Shown piece by piece: positions 1-10,365 of a stretch of 64,000 bases of DNA. The stretch is from the NCBI GenBank assembly GCA_033551855.1, contig JAWSUI010000015.1, forward strand, positions 1 to 64,000. Reading direction: 5' to 3'. Under the pieces are notes generated by a model. That model did no database searches and was not told the origin of the DNA. It saw only the letters and a list, made by a program, of their open reading frames with translations. The position numbers were made by a program, and so were the translations under genes. The stretch comes from Deferrisomatales bacterium. GTDB lineage: Bacteria > Desulfobacterota > Deferrisomatia > Deferrisomatales > JACRMM01. Each line of letters opens with the position of its first letter. The first letter of the stretch is position 1.

Positions 1-1
1 G

Positions 2-391
2 CTCGGCCACGAGCCCGATCTCGACCTCGGGGGCCCGGGCCTGGAGCAACTCTTCCACGAACCTCCGGTTGTGGGCTCCGTCGGGCTTCTGGCGGAACCC
101 GGCCGGGTCCGCCGGGAAGGGCCAGAGGCGGTAGACGTCCCCCAGGAACCCCACGTGGCGGACGCCGCGGATCGCACCCATGAGGTCGCCGATCTCCTCG
201 GGGCCGGCAAGGGCGAAGCCCCGAAGGGAGCTCGAGGCCCCCTCCGGCCCACCGGCCGCCAACTCGACGGCGGCCCGACAGAAGTCGGTGCAGAAGAAGA
301 AGAGGCGGTCCAGCAGGAGGCCGTCGGTCTCGACGTTGTAGAAACCGAACGCGACGGTGCCGTGGCTGAGGGACGGGAAGGCCAGGGGCAT
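2..391 (-). CDS. Conserved hypothetical protein, runs off the window edge
   Basis: Manually read ORF MPLAFPSLSHGTVAFGFYNVETDGLLLDRLFFF... from ATG 391 with host-like codon usage; no stop before the window start; absent from the ORF track. Confidence 0.6.
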   Translation of the reverse strand, partial: MPLAFPSLSHGTVAFGFYNVETDGLLLDRLFFFCTDFCRAAVELAAGGPEGASSSLRGFALAGPEEIGDLMGAIRGVRHVGFLGDVYRLWPFPADPAGFRQKPDGAHNRRFVEELLQARAPEVEIGLVAE

Positions 392-530
392 GGGCGACTC
401 CTCGACGGGCTGGAGGCCGGGGAACAGCGGGCCGGCTACGTGCGTTGACACGTCGAGACCGACCCCCCTAGAATCCGCGCGGCGGAAGAGGTCCGGGGCC
501 GAAGGGCCGCCCGACGAGGAGGAACCAGCG

Positions 531-980
531 ATGGAAGGCTACCCGGTCACGGCTCGGATCGAGGTCCGGTGGCGCGACGTGGACGCCCTGGGCCACGTGA
601 ACAACGCCGTGTACTTTACGTACTTCGAGATCGCCCGGACCCGGTACTACGAGGAGGTCTTCCGCGCGTCGACCATCGACGACATCAACTTCCTCCTGGC
701 CTCCATCCAGTGTGACTTCCTGAGCCCCACGCGGCACGGGGAGACCGTCGAGGTGGGGATCCGCATTCCCTTGGCCGGCCGCACGAGCTTCGACTTCGAG
801 TACGCGGCCCGCGCCCTGGGGGACGGCCGGCTCGTGGCCCGTGCCCGGAGCACCCAGGTCCTGTACGACCACCGGGCCGACCGGAAGCTCCCCATCGGAG
901 CCGCCTGGCTCGACCAGGTGGCGGCCGCCCAGGGGTCCTACCCCAGCCCCCGCCCCCCCAAGGACCCCGTTTCCCCGTAG
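531..980 (+). CDS. Acyl-CoA thioesterase (4HBT/FcbC hot-dog fold)
   Basis: VRWRDVDALGHVNNAVY motif; GGAGG RBS before ATG 531. Confidence 0.9.
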   Translation: MEGYPVTARIEVRWRDVDALGHVNNAVYFTYFEIARTRYYEEVFRASTIDDINFLLASIQCDFLSPTRHGETVEVGIRIPLAGRTSFDFEYAARALGDGRLVARARSTQVLYDHRADRKLPIGAAWLDQVAAAQGSYPSPRPPKDPVSP

Positions 981-1110
981 GAGAGGCGTCCACCCCGCGG
1001 CCCCTGCCGCCCCCCCGGAATCGGGACCGGGATCGACCGCGTTCCGGACGGCAACCTCGTTCCCGTGAGTGATCCCGAGGGCGCCGGCGATCCTTGGGGA
1101 TGACACGCTC

Positions 1111-2415
1111 TCAGTACAGCAGGCTGGGGAGGAAGGTGGCCGTCGCGGGAAACGCCATCATGATCCCGATGCACGCCGCAAAGGCCGCCAGGAAATACGC
1201 CACCCCCCGGAACACCGTCGTGATGGGCACGTCCCGGGCCATCGCGGCCACCACGAAGGCATTGACCCCCACCGGCGGGGTGACGGCTCCCAGGGTGGTG
1301 ACCACCGTGATCACCACCGAGAACCAGAGCGGGTCGTACCCCAACCGCACGGCGACGGGGAAGAAGATCGGGATCATGATCATCAGGAGCCCCAGGGCGT
1401 CCATGATCGCCCCGCCCACGGCGAAGATCAGGAGCATCAGGAGCAGGATGACCCCCCGAGGGATGGGGAGCCCGGTGATCCACTCCGCCGCCTCGAAGGG
1501 GATGCGGGTGATGGTGAGGAACCGCCCGAAGATGACGGCCCCGGCCACGATCACCAGGATCATGCAGGACATGCGGATGGTGTCGTCGAGCGCCCCGACG
1601 AACCCCTTCCACGAGAGGTGGCGCCCGGCGACGCTGATGACGATGGCGAAGAAGGCTGCTGCAGCCCCCGCCTCGGTGGGCGTGAACCACCCGGCGAAGA
1701 GGCCGCCCATGATCAGGGCGAAGAGGATCAGCATCTCCACCGAGCCCGGCAGGCTCCGAACCCGCTCCTTCAGGCTGACCTTCGGCCCCCGGGGCCCGGC
1801 GGAGGGCTGGAGAAAGCACACGGCCCACACGGTCGCCAGGAACAGGCCGGTGAGGATGAGACCGGGCACCAGGGCCGCGAAGAAGAGCCGGGCGATGGAG
1901 TCCCCCGTGGACAGGCCGATGAGGATCAGCACCACGCTCGGGGGGATCACCACGCCCAGGGTCGCCCCGCAGGCGACGGACCCGGTGCTGAGGGCGTTGT
2001 CGTACCCGAACCGGCGCATCTCGGGCAGCGCCACGGTGCTCATGGTGGCGGCGGTGGCCGCGTTGGAACCGCAGATTGCCGCGAACCCGGCACAGGCCAG
2101 CACCGTCGCCATGGCCAGCCCCCCGCGGATGTGCCCCAGCCAGGTGTAGGCGGCCCGGTAGATGCGCTCGCTCAGCCCCGCGGCGAAGCAGATGTTCCCC
2201 ATGAGGATGAAGAAGGGGATCACGGTCAGCCCGTAGGAGGAGAAGGTCTGCCACAGGGAGCTGCCCACCATGTTCAGGGCCGCCCGGGGGTTGACCACCA
2301 CCGCGAAACCCAGGTAGCCCACCAGCGCCATGGCAAACCCCACGGGCATGCGAAACAGGAAGATCATCGCCATCAGGCCGGCGACTCCCGTGAGGCCGAT
2401 GGTCACAGGGTCCAT
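1111..2415 (-). CDS. dctM: TRAP transporter large permease
   Basis: Highly hydrophobic; GATLGVVIPPS, FTPTEA and TPPVG motifs. Confidence 0.93.
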   Translation of the reverse strand: MDPVTIGLTGVAGLMAMIFLFRMPVGFAMALVGYLGFAVVVNPRAALNMVGSSLWQTFSSYGLTVIPFFILMGNICFAAGLSERIYRAAYTWLGHIRGGLAMATVLACAGFAAICGSNAATAATMSTVALPEMRRFGYDNALSTGSVACGATLGVVIPPSVVLILIGLSTGDSIARLFFAALVPGLILTGLFLATVWAVCFLQPSAGPRGPKVSLKERVRSLPGSVEMLILFALIMGGLFAGWFTPTEAGAAAAFFAIVISVAGRHLSWKGFVGALDDTIRMSCMILVIVAGAVIFGRFLTITRIPFEAAEWITGLPIPRGVILLLMLLIFAVGGAIMDALGLLMIMIPIFFPVAVRLGYDPLWFSVVITVVTTLGAVTPPVGVNAFVVAAMARDVPITTVFRGVAYFLAAFAACIGIMMAFPATATFLPSLLY

Positions 2416-2903
2416 CAGCCGCCCCCCCGCCCCGGCCGCAGGGCGGCGATCCCGTCGAGCCCGAGCCGCAGGCACAGCCCCCAGACCCCCAGGGCGACGC
2501 AGAACACGATGGGGTAGAACGCCACTCGGAGCGTCTCGGAGAGCTCTCCCGTGCGCATCAGGTCCACACCGAGGCGGGCGAGGCGATACCCCGCAAGGCC
2601 GAAGAAGGCCGAGCACGCCAGGTGGGAGACCGCGTCCAAGACCCGCTGGAGGCGCGGTCCCAGGCGCTCGAACAAGAGATCCACCGAAATGTGGTTGCGG
2701 CGCTCCTGGGTGTAGCCGAGGGCGAACGCCGCGATCACCGCCCCCCCGAATCCCATCAGCTCGAAGGACCCCTGGACCGGGCGGCCCATGGGGCGCAGCA
2801 CCATGTTGAGCACGGCGATCGCCATGGTGGCCAGCAAGGCCGCCGACGCCGCCCTGAGCATCCAGCGGTTCAGGAGCTGCGAGGCTCTACCCAGCCATTC
2901 CAT
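2415..2903 (-). CDS. dctQ: TRAP transporter small permease
   Basis: About four TM segments, HISVDL motif, lies between dctP and dctM. Confidence 0.9.
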   Translation of the reverse strand: MEWLGRASQLLNRWMLRAASAALLATMAIAVLNMVLRPMGRPVQGSFELMGFGGAVIAAFALGYTQERRNHISVDLLFERLGPRLQRVLDAVSHLACSAFFGLAGYRLARLGVDLMRTGELSETLRVAFYPIVFCVALGVWGLCLRLGLDGIAALRPGRGGG

Positions 2904-2925
2904 GGCGGGATCTCCCGTGCCAGGC

Positions 2926-2956
2926 CCGGGGCGGCCCTCCCGGAGGGCCGCCCCGG
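2926..2956. terminator. GC-rich hairpin between dctP and dctQ (mRNA stabiliser/attenuator)
   Basis: CCGGGGCGGCCCTCC-C-GGAGGGCCGCCCCGG inverted repeat. Confidence 0.55.
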
Positions 2957-2964
2957 AGAGCGTG

Positions 2965-3990
2965 TCACTTCCCCAGCTCCGCCTCGTACTTCTGCTTCAG
3001 GGCGAAGAGGTCTTCGAGGAACGCCTTGGCCGGCAGGCCCTTGGCTTCCAGGCTCGCGGCCCACTCGTCGATGACCGGCTTCATCGTTTCGTGGGCCTTT
3101 CGGTATTCCTCGGGTGCCAGCCGGATCAGCTCCAGGTTGTACTTCTCCACCGACCATTCCACCGACTCCCTGCCGTGGTTATCGACGTACTCGCCCACCC
3201 AGAGGGAGTGCTCGCGCGCCGCGTCGTCGAACACCTTCTTCACGTCCGCCGGCAGGGACTCCCACTTCTTCCGGTTCATCACCACCCCGAAGGCCGTGGT
3301 CTGCATATCGGTGATCGTGGCGTAGCGGAGCATCTCCGCAAAGTTGAAGTCCTTGAGCACGTCGAGGGAGGAGAACACCCCCTTCACGATCCCCTTCTGC
3401 AGCGCTTCCGGGGTCTCGGACTGGGGCATGGCCACCGGGACCGCACCCAAGAGCTGCAGGGGCTTCACCCCGGCCCCCGTGGCCCGCAGCTCGTATCCGC
3501 GCAGGTCCGCCAGCTGCCGAATGGGGGTCCTGGACATGATCTGCGCCGGCGGCGCCGTGAAGAGGGCGAGCACCTTCACGTTCTCCAGGGACTTCGGCTG
3601 GTACTTCACGTACAGGTCCCAGAGGACCGCGTTGGCCACCTTCGAGCTCGTGAAGCCCACCGGCAGGTCGACCCCCTCCAACAGCTCGAACCGGCCCGGC
3701 TGATAGGGGAAGGCCAGGCAGCCGATGTCCGCGACCCCGTCGATGACGCCGTCCATCATTCCCCGGGCGTCCAGCAGGGTGGAGCCGGGGAAGGTCTTGA
3801 CCTCCACCTTGCCCCCCGTGCGCTGCTCCACGGTCTCCCTCCACTTCTCCATCTGGACCGAGGGAAAGGTGGGGGCCGGAGGGAAGTTGGCGTAGGTCAG
3901 GCTGATCTTGTCCGCTGCCGTGGCGGCCGAGGCGACGAGCCCCAGGGCCAGGCAAGCTCCGAGGGCGGAGAACATGGTGCGACGTTTCAT
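2965..3990 (-). CDS. dctP: TRAP transporter substrate-binding protein
   Basis: Signal peptide MKRRTMFSALGACLALG; DctP features (TGGKVEV, DLRGYELR, EALQKGIV). Confidence 0.92.
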   Translation of the reverse strand: MKRRTMFSALGACLALGLVASAATAADKISLTYANFPPAPTFPSVQMEKWRETVEQRTGGKVEVKTFPGSTLLDARGMMDGVIDGVADIGCLAFPYQPGRFELLEGVDLPVGFTSSKVANAVLWDLYVKYQPKSLENVKVLALFTAPPAQIMSRTPIRQLADLRGYELRATGAGVKPLQLLGAVPVAMPQSETPEALQKGIVKGVFSSLDVLKDFNFAEMLRYATITDMQTTAFGVVMNRKKWESLPADVKKVFDDAAREHSLWVGEYVDNHGRESVEWSVEKYNLELIRLAPEEYRKAHETMKPVIDEWAASLEAKGLPAKAFLEDLFALKQKYEAELGK

Positions 3991-4366
3991 CGTGTCCCTC
4001 CTGTTCGTGGTGGGTGCCTCCCCTTCAGGCCGGGGACCGGGCACGTCCTCCGAAGAGGCGTCCGGGCGCCGGCCCTGCGGCAAGGCGGTGACCTGTCGGC
4101 AATACACCCCTAACGAGGCTCCGCCTCAGACCGTCGAGGCGTGGGTTTCAGAAACATAGAGGGCTCCGGGTGGCGTAGGGCGTGGTATGGTCCACGGCCC
4201 ATGAGATCGCGCAGCGATCGGTGACCGTTGTGGTCGAAGTCGCACCCGGAGCCCGTGGCCATGATACCAAAGAGCGTTGCCGAGATCGTCCGTGAGCGCG
4301 TCGTGCTCTAGTTCCTCACCGTACCACAGAAACCCAGACGCCGTATGTGTGGGGACACCTCGCGGC

Positions 4367-5182
4367 TCACCCGTTGAAGCGGGACAGGAGTGCCTCGAGG
4401 GCGCTCCCCCCGAGGGCGCGGGCCTTGTCCGAGATGGTGAAGCACATCCCCCGGTCTCCCCGGGGATCCACATCCCCTGCTTTCAGGCCCGCGTGCACCC
4501 GGACCCCGGGTCGCAGGAGCCCCCTCAGGATGCCGCCGATCTGCGCCCGCAGCTCCACGGGGCCCACCCGGGCCACGGCTTGCCCCCGGGAGACCGGGTC
4601 CCCGATCTCCGCCAACCCCTCGAGGACGCCCTCGCCGGGGCACCGGAGCACCCGTTCGACCGTGTAGCCCGCCGTGCTTCCGGGGACCCCCGTGTTGGGC
4701 TGGGCGCTGCCGTCGACGATCAGGCGGCCCAGGTCGTGGCCCCGGTTGGTCTCCACCACGACGTCCGCGTCCACCCCGGCGGTGAAGCCCGGGCCGAAGC
4801 CCACCACCAGCTCGGCCATGTCGCGGTGGGTCCCCAGGTTGCGCTTGGCCAGCACCGCATCCAGGACGGCGTGGGGACCCCAGGTCGCGAGGCACGAGAG
4901 GTGCGGGTCGACCAGCACCGGGATCTCCCCCCGGTCGAGCACCGGGTCGAGCTCGGCCGCGGTCTCCACCCGCCGGCCCCGGACCCCCTCCACCTCACTG
5001 GTGCCGTCCCACACGGCCTCGCAGAAGCTCACCTTCCGCCGGACCGCGAGGGGTTGGGGCACCTCGGTCATCGCGACCCGGAAGTGGCTCCGGAAGAGCC
5101 GGTGGGCGATGCCGGAGGCCATCTCCCCCGCCCCCCGGACGAGGACCCGGAGGTCGGTCAGACTCGAGTGCAGGCGCATCAA
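4367..5182 (-). CDS. yqeB: Selenium-dependent molybdenum hydroxylase system protein (YqeB/EF2563 family)
   Basis: VRGAGEMASG, AVRRKVSFCEA, ETNRGHDLGR, KAGDVDPRG, ISDKARALGG motifs. Confidence 0.9.
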   Translation of the reverse strand: MMRLHSSLTDLRVLVRGAGEMASGIAHRLFRSHFRVAMTEVPQPLAVRRKVSFCEAVWDGTSEVEGVRGRRVETAAELDPVLDRGEIPVLVDPHLSCLATWGPHAVLDAVLAKRNLGTHRDMAELVVGFGPGFTAGVDADVVVETNRGHDLGRLIVDGSAQPNTGVPGSTAGYTVERVLRCPGEGVLEGLAEIGDPVSRGQAVARVGPVELRAQIGGILRGLLRPGVRVHAGLKAGDVDPRGDRGMCFTISDKARALGGSALEALLSRFNG

Positions 5183-5198
5183 CGCCGCGCCCCGCGTC

Positions 5199-7514
5199 TC
5201 AGCACGACCTGCCCTTCTTCTCCAGGATCGCCGCCAGCACCGCCTCGGGCTTCATGGGGAGCCGGCGCAGCCGCACGCCCACGGCGTCGTAGATCGCGTT
5301 GGCGATCGCCGGCGCGGTCGGCACCAGCCCGGGCTCGCCGATCCCCTTGGCCCCGAAGGGCCCCGAGGGGTCGTGGGTCTCCACCAGCACCGGCTCCACG
5401 GGAAGGGTGTCGACTGCGGTGAGGATCTTGTAATCGCGGAAGTTGGGGTTCAACAGGCGGCCGTCGCGGTAGATCATCTCCTCGGTCAAAGCGTACCCCA
5501 CCCCCATGAGCGCCGCCCCGTACACCTGGCCCCTGAGCAGCATCGGATTGATCGCCCGGCCCACGTCGTGGGCGGCCACGTAGCGCACCACCTCCACGTG
5601 GCCCGTCTCCGTGTCCACCTCCACCTCCACCCCGTGGCACCCCCAGGCGTAGGACGCGGAGAAATTGCCCTTGAAGTCACCGGCGAGCAGATCGGTCTTC
5701 GGCTCGTAGAAGTGGGCGGCGAGGAACATGGTGTTGCCGCTGGAAGCGAAGTGCGCCTTCCGGAGGATCTTGTCCAAAGGGGTGTTCTTGGAGGCGTCTT
5801 CCCGGCAGACGACCTGGGACCCCTCCAGCGCCAAGATCTCTTTGGGAGCTTCCAGCACCTCCTCCGCAAAGGCCAGGATCTGGTCCCGCACCATGCGGGC
5901 GGCCTCGAGGGCGGAGTTGCCGGCGACGAAGGTGGAGCGGCTCGCGTGCACCCCCACGTCCCAGGGGCAGACGTCCGTGTCCCCGATCACCACGTTGACG
6001 TGGGAGACCGGTATTCCCAAGGTTTCGGCCACGATCTGCCGCAGTACGGTGTCGAGCCCCTGCCCGATGTCCATCGAGCCGCTGAACACGTCCACCCGGC
6101 CCTGGTCGTCCATCTTGATCATGGTGCCGCAGCCGTCGGACTTGTAGATCTTGGCCCCGCCCCCGACGTGCATCAGGCACGCCAGGCCCACCCCCCGGGC
6201 CTTCCGGCCCGGGGTCTTGGGCCGGGCACGCAGCGCCACCCAGTCGAGCCGCCGGGCGACCTCCTCCAGGCAGGCCCGGTGGCCGCAGGTCTCCGGACGG
6301 AACCCCTGGGGGGTGACCTCCCCCGCCTCGTTCGCGTTGCGCAGGCGCATCTCCCACGGGTCGATGCCGGCCTTCTCCGCCAGCTCGTCCAGGTTCGACT
6401 CGATGGCAAAGGTCACCTGGGGTGTCCCGTAGCCCCGCATCGCCTGGGAATAGGTGTTGTTGGTGTAGACGCACGTCGCCTGGAACCGGACGTTGGAGAC
6501 CCGGTACAGGCTCGTGGAGGGCATCATCATCACGGTCGGGGTGGTGGCACCCCAGGAGGTGTAGGCCCCGTTGTCCAGGACCATGGAGATGTCGCGAAAC
6601 GTCAGGCGCCCCTCGGCGTCGCACCCCTGGCGGATGCGGATCCGCACGGGCTGCCGGGGCGAGGTCGCCGTGAACTCCTCCTCCCGGTCGAACACGATCT
6701 TCACCGGGCGGCGGGTCCGGTGGGCGAGCAGGATGGCGATGTACTCGTAGGCGTAGGTGTCGAGCTTCGACCCGAACCCCCCGCCGATCGCCGCATTCAC
6801 CACCCGGACGCGCCCCTTCACCCCCATGGCCTTCAGGGCCTCCTGGAAGTCGTTCTTCGCCAGGCTCGGGATCTGGGTGTTGGAGTGGACCGTGAGGTTG
6901 TCGCCGGTGTCGAAGCTCGCCACGCACCCCGAGGTGCCCATGCAGCAGTGCGTCACCCACCCCGCTTCGTACTCCCCCTCGGCGGCGAACGCCGCCTGGG
7001 CCTCCCCGGCGGCCAGGTCTCCCGCCTCCACCTTCCAGGGGAGCCGGAGCCGGTTGTCCTTGAGAGGCTTGCCCCTGGCGTCGGTCTCGTGGAGCAGCGG
7101 GGCGTCCGGGGCCAGCGCGGCCTCCGGGTCGAAGACCGCCGGCAGGTCCTCGTACACCACCCGGATCCGGGCCAGGGCCTCCTCGGCGGCCTCGGGGGTC
7201 GCGGCCGCCACGGCCGCGATCTCGTCCCGGTACTGGCGCACCCTGCCCCCCTTGAGGGCCGTGTTGTCCTTGAGGAAACCGAAGCGGATCTCCGGGGTGT
7301 TCCCCGCGGTGACGACCGCCTTGACCCCTGGCACCCTCTCGGCCTCGGAGGTGTCGAGCTCCACGATCCGGGCGGAGGCCCGGTCCGAGTAGAGGATGCG
7401 TCCGTGGAGCATCCCGGGCAGGACGAGATCCTGGATGTAGACGCTGCGCCCCTCGACCTTCTCGGAGGCGTCCGCCTTGGGCAGCGCCTTCCCGACCGCG
7501 CACAGCTCAGACAT
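5199..7514 (-). CDS. Xanthine oxidase family Mo-hydroxylase, molybdopterin-binding large subunit
   Basis: GGGFGSK, AMRGYG, DIGQG, HDVGRAINP, GAKGIGE (catalytic Glu present). Confidence 0.93.
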   Translation of the reverse strand: MSELCAVGKALPKADASEKVEGRSVYIQDLVLPGMLHGRILYSDRASARIVELDTSEAERVPGVKAVVTAGNTPEIRFGFLKDNTALKGGRVRQYRDEIAAVAAATPEAAEEALARIRVVYEDLPAVFDPEAALAPDAPLLHETDARGKPLKDNRLRLPWKVEAGDLAAGEAQAAFAAEGEYEAGWVTHCCMGTSGCVASFDTGDNLTVHSNTQIPSLAKNDFQEALKAMGVKGRVRVVNAAIGGGFGSKLDTYAYEYIAILLAHRTRRPVKIVFDREEEFTATSPRQPVRIRIRQGCDAEGRLTFRDISMVLDNGAYTSWGATTPTVMMMPSTSLYRVSNVRFQATCVYTNNTYSQAMRGYGTPQVTFAIESNLDELAEKAGIDPWEMRLRNANEAGEVTPQGFRPETCGHRACLEEVARRLDWVALRARPKTPGRKARGVGLACLMHVGGGAKIYKSDGCGTMIKMDDQGRVDVFSGSMDIGQGLDTVLRQIVAETLGIPVSHVNVVIGDTDVCPWDVGVHASRSTFVAGNSALEAARMVRDQILAFAEEVLEAPKEILALEGSQVVCREDASKNTPLDKILRKAHFASSGNTMFLAAHFYEPKTDLLAGDFKGNFSASYAWGCHGVEVEVDTETGHVEVVRYVAAHDVGRAINPMLLRGQVYGAALMGVGYALTEEMIYRDGRLLNPNFRDYKILTAVDTLPVEPVLVETHDPSGPFGAKGIGEPGLVPTAPAIANAIYDAVGVRLRRLPMKPEAVLAAILEKKGRSC

Positions 7515-7998
7515 GGGAACCCTCCTCCCCCCGCAGCTGCCGCGACGCCGCCCCGACGGCCTCGAGGATCTGGTTGTACCCGGTGCACCGGCACAGGTTC
7601 CCCGCGAGCGCCGTGCGGACCTCCTCCTCGCTCGGCTCGGGGACCCGGTCCAGCAGGGCTTTGGCCGACAGCACCATCCCCGGGGTGCAGAACCCGCACT
7701 GGACGGCCCCGTGACGGACGAAAGCCTCCTGGAGGGGGTGTGGCTTCCCTCCGGGCCCCGCAAGCCCCTCGATGGTCACCACCTCCTTGCCCTCCGCCTC
7801 CAGGGCGGGGAACAGGCAGGAGTTCACCGCCGCGCCGTCCACCAGCACGGTGCACGCCCCGCACTCCCCGGCCCCGCACCCCTCCTTTGCCCCGGTGAGG
7901 CCGACCTCGTCCCGCAGCAGGCGCAGCAGGCTCCACTCGGGCCGCGCCCGCACCGCCGCCGCCTCCCCGTTCACGGTGAATCGGATGATCTCGTCCAT
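7507..7998 (-). CDS. Mo-hydroxylase 2Fe-2S small subunit (CoxS-like)
   Basis: GCGAGECGACT, QCGFCTPG, NLCRCTGY. Confidence 0.95.
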   Translation of the reverse strand: MDEIIRFTVNGEAAAVRARPEWSLLRLLRDEVGLTGAKEGCGAGECGACTVLVDGAAVNSCLFPALEAEGKEVVTIEGLAGPGGKPHPLQEAFVRHGAVQCGFCTPGMVLSAKALLDRVPEPSEEEVRTALAGNLCRCTGYNQILEAVGAASRQLRGEEGSHV

Positions 7999-8068
7999 GG
8001 TGGAAACCCCGATCGTCAGTGGTCAGCCGCCAGTCTTCCGTCGTCAGGTGCGTCCGGGGCCCGTACCG

Positions 8069-8929
8069 TCACCCGGCCAACGCCCCCGCTCTCTCCAGCA
8101 CCCGGGGGATGAGCACCCGGATCATCTCCCGCCGGTACCACGCCTGGCCCCGCCACGAATCCCGCACCTGGGCCCCCCGGGCCGCGGCGTCGGCCGCCTC
8201 CCCCACGCTCTCCCGGGTCAGCGGCCGGCCCTCCAGGAGGGCCTCCGCCTCCCGCGCCCGCAGGGGCGTCGGCCCGGCGACCCCGAGGGCGATCCGGGCC
8301 TGGCGGACCGTACCCTCCCCGTCGAGGGTCACCAGCGCCCCGACGCCGAGGATCGGAAGCTCCACCGCCTTGCGCCGGGTGAGCTTCCAGTAGTCCCCGT
8401 GGGTCCCGGGCGCGGGGGCGGGCACCCGGATCTCCGTCAGCAGCTCCCCGGCAGCCAGCGCGTTCTTCCCGGGCCCGAGGAAGAGCTCCTCCACCGGGAA
8501 GGACCGCTCCCCCCGGGGGCCGCGGGCGACGCACACCGCGTCGTACAGGAGCAGGGGCACCGCGCTGTCCGCCGAAGGAGCGGCATTGCACAGGTTCCCC
8601 CCCACGGTGCCGACGTTGCGCACCTGCCGGGACCCCACCGCCGAACAGGCCCGGTGCAGGGCCGGGAACCGCTCCCGAACGGCCGCGGAGTCTTCGATCT
8701 CGGCGTGGGTGGTGGTGGCGCCCAGGACCAAGCCACCCTCCCCTTCCCGGATCCCGCGAAGCCCCGCCACCCGCCGCAGGGAGACCAGGGCGCCCGGGGC
8801 GAGCTTCTTCGCCTGGACCCCCACCCACACATCGGTCGCCCCCGCGACCGGGACGGCGCCCTCCCGCTCTGCGAGCAGCGCCAGCGCCTCTTCCAGAGTT
8901 TCGGGACGCAGGTACGTGAACGTCTGCAT
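8069..8929 (-). CDS. Mo-hydroxylase FAD-binding medium subunit (CoxM-like)
   Basis: AGATD, QVRNVGTVGGNLCNAAPSAD; no Fe-S insert. Confidence 0.93.
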   Translation of the reverse strand: MQTFTYLRPETLEEALALLAEREGAVPVAGATDVWVGVQAKKLAPGALVSLRRVAGLRGIREGEGGLVLGATTTHAEIEDSAAVRERFPALHRACSAVGSRQVRNVGTVGGNLCNAAPSADSAVPLLLYDAVCVARGPRGERSFPVEELFLGPGKNALAAGELLTEIRVPAPAPGTHGDYWKLTRRKAVELPILGVGALVTLDGEGTVRQARIALGVAGPTPLRAREAEALLEGRPLTRESVGEAADAAARGAQVRDSWRGQAWYRREMIRVLIPRVLERAGALAG

Positions 8930-8987
8930 GGGGGCTTCTCCTCCGTTCCCTCTCTGCCTCCCCCCCCACGGGCCGGGGAAGGGACGC

Positions 8988-10271
8988 CTACCGTCGGTCG
9001 AACACGCGCTGGACCCGCTGGTTGCTCCGGGGCAGCGCCGCGTAGTCCACCATCTTCACCTCGGCGGACACCAGGATCTGGCTCTTGATCCGGTGCTCGA
9101 TATCCGCCTCGATCCTTTCGTCGTTGAGGGGATTCCCCGCCGGGTCCCGCTCGACGCGCACCGACATGAGGTCCCTGCCGTAGCGCCGCTCCAGCACGAT
9201 CTCGTACTCGCTCGACACCCCAGGGCTCTCCGAGATGATCTCCTCGATCTGCCCCGGGTAGACGTTGACGGCCCGGTAGATGAACATGTCGTCGTCGCGA
9301 CCCAGGATCCGGTCGTGGCGGGGGTAGACCGAACCGCAGGGGCACGGCCCCGGCAGGAGCCGCGTGAGGTCTCGGGTGCGGTAGCGGATGAGGGGGGAAC
9401 CCTCCTTGGTCAGGGTCGTCACCACCATCTCCCCAACCTCGCCGTCGGGCACGGGACGCAAGGTCGCCGGGTCGAGCACCTCCAGGAGATACCAGTCGGA
9501 CCAGTAGTGGATGCCCCGGCGGCGGCGGCACTCGATCCCGGCCCCCGGACCGTAGAGCTCCGTGAAACCGCTCAGGTCGTGGAGGTGCTCCGCGCCCAGG
9601 AGCTCCAGGATGCGCCGGCGCATGCCCTCGCTGCAGCGCTCTGCCCCCTGGATCACCGTGCGGACCCGGATGCGGCTGCGCAGGTTGCGGCGGGCGACCT
9701 CTTCCGCGAGGAGCAGGGCCATGCTCGGGGTGCAGCACAGCACGTTCGGCTCCAGGTCCGTGAGCATCTGGCACTGCATGTCCAGGTTGCCGGGCCCCAC
9801 CGGGATCGCCAGGGCCCCGACGGCCTCGCAGGCGGCCTGGAAGCCCGAACCCGCCGTCCAGAGGCCGTAGCCGACCGAGATCTGCACCGCGTCCCCGGGG
9901 CCCACGCCGGCCGTCTCGAAGCAGCGGGCGAAGTGGCGGGTCCAGTCCTCCAGGTCCTTGCGCGTGTAGCACAGGATCTTGCGCTTGCCCGTGGTGCCCG
10001 ACGAGGAGTGGACCCGGACCAGCCGATCCCGGGGTACGCAACGCAGGGGCAGGGGGTAGCCCGCCCTCAGGTCCTCGGCCGTGGTGAAGGGCAGCCGCTG
10101 GAGGTCCTCCAGGGTCCGGACGTCCTCCGGCCGCACCCGGGCCCCGTCGAAGCGCTGTCGGTAGAACGCGCTGCCCTCGTAGGCGTGCCGCACCGTCCAG
10201 CGCAGGCCGCGCAGCTGCGCCTCGGCCAGGGGCTCGTCCCGGGCCGGCTCCAGGCGGGGCGCGGTCAGCAC
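8988..10271 (-). CDS. Phenylacetate-CoA ligase family protein
   Basis: HSSSGTTGK, GYGLWTAG, PLIRYRTRD, GRDDDM. Confidence 0.9.
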   Translation of the reverse strand: MLTAPRLEPARDEPLAEAQLRGLRWTVRHAYEGSAFYRQRFDGARVRPEDVRTLEDLQRLPFTTAEDLRAGYPLPLRCVPRDRLVRVHSSSGTTGKRKILCYTRKDLEDWTRHFARCFETAGVGPGDAVQISVGYGLWTAGSGFQAACEAVGALAIPVGPGNLDMQCQMLTDLEPNVLCCTPSMALLLAEEVARRNLRSRIRVRTVIQGAERCSEGMRRRILELLGAEHLHDLSGFTELYGPGAGIECRRRRGIHYWSDWYLLEVLDPATLRPVPDGEVGEMVVTTLTKEGSPLIRYRTRDLTRLLPGPCPCGSVYPRHDRILGRDDDMFIYRAVNVYPGQIEEIISESPGVSSEYEIVLERRYGRDLMSVRVERDPAGNPLNDERIEADIEHRIKSQILVSAEVKMVDYAALPRSNQRVQRVFDRR

Positions 10272-10365
10272 GGCCCCCCCTCCCGCCCGTCCCCGCCGGC
10301 CCGCCGCAGGAGCCGGCGCTCGGCCGGACCCCCGGCTCCCAGCGGCGCTGCGCCCCAGGACACGC

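Noticed and set aside
4108..4366. Lower-GC stretch upstream of dctP with a short ORF
   Set aside because: No convincing protein, promoter or RNA motif found by eye
4674..7898. Very long antisense or alternate-frame ORFs (also 20754-22991, 25781-28318, 57259-59919 and many others)
   Set aside because: Shadow ORFs of high-GC coding DNA; they overlap well-supported genes and lack family motifs
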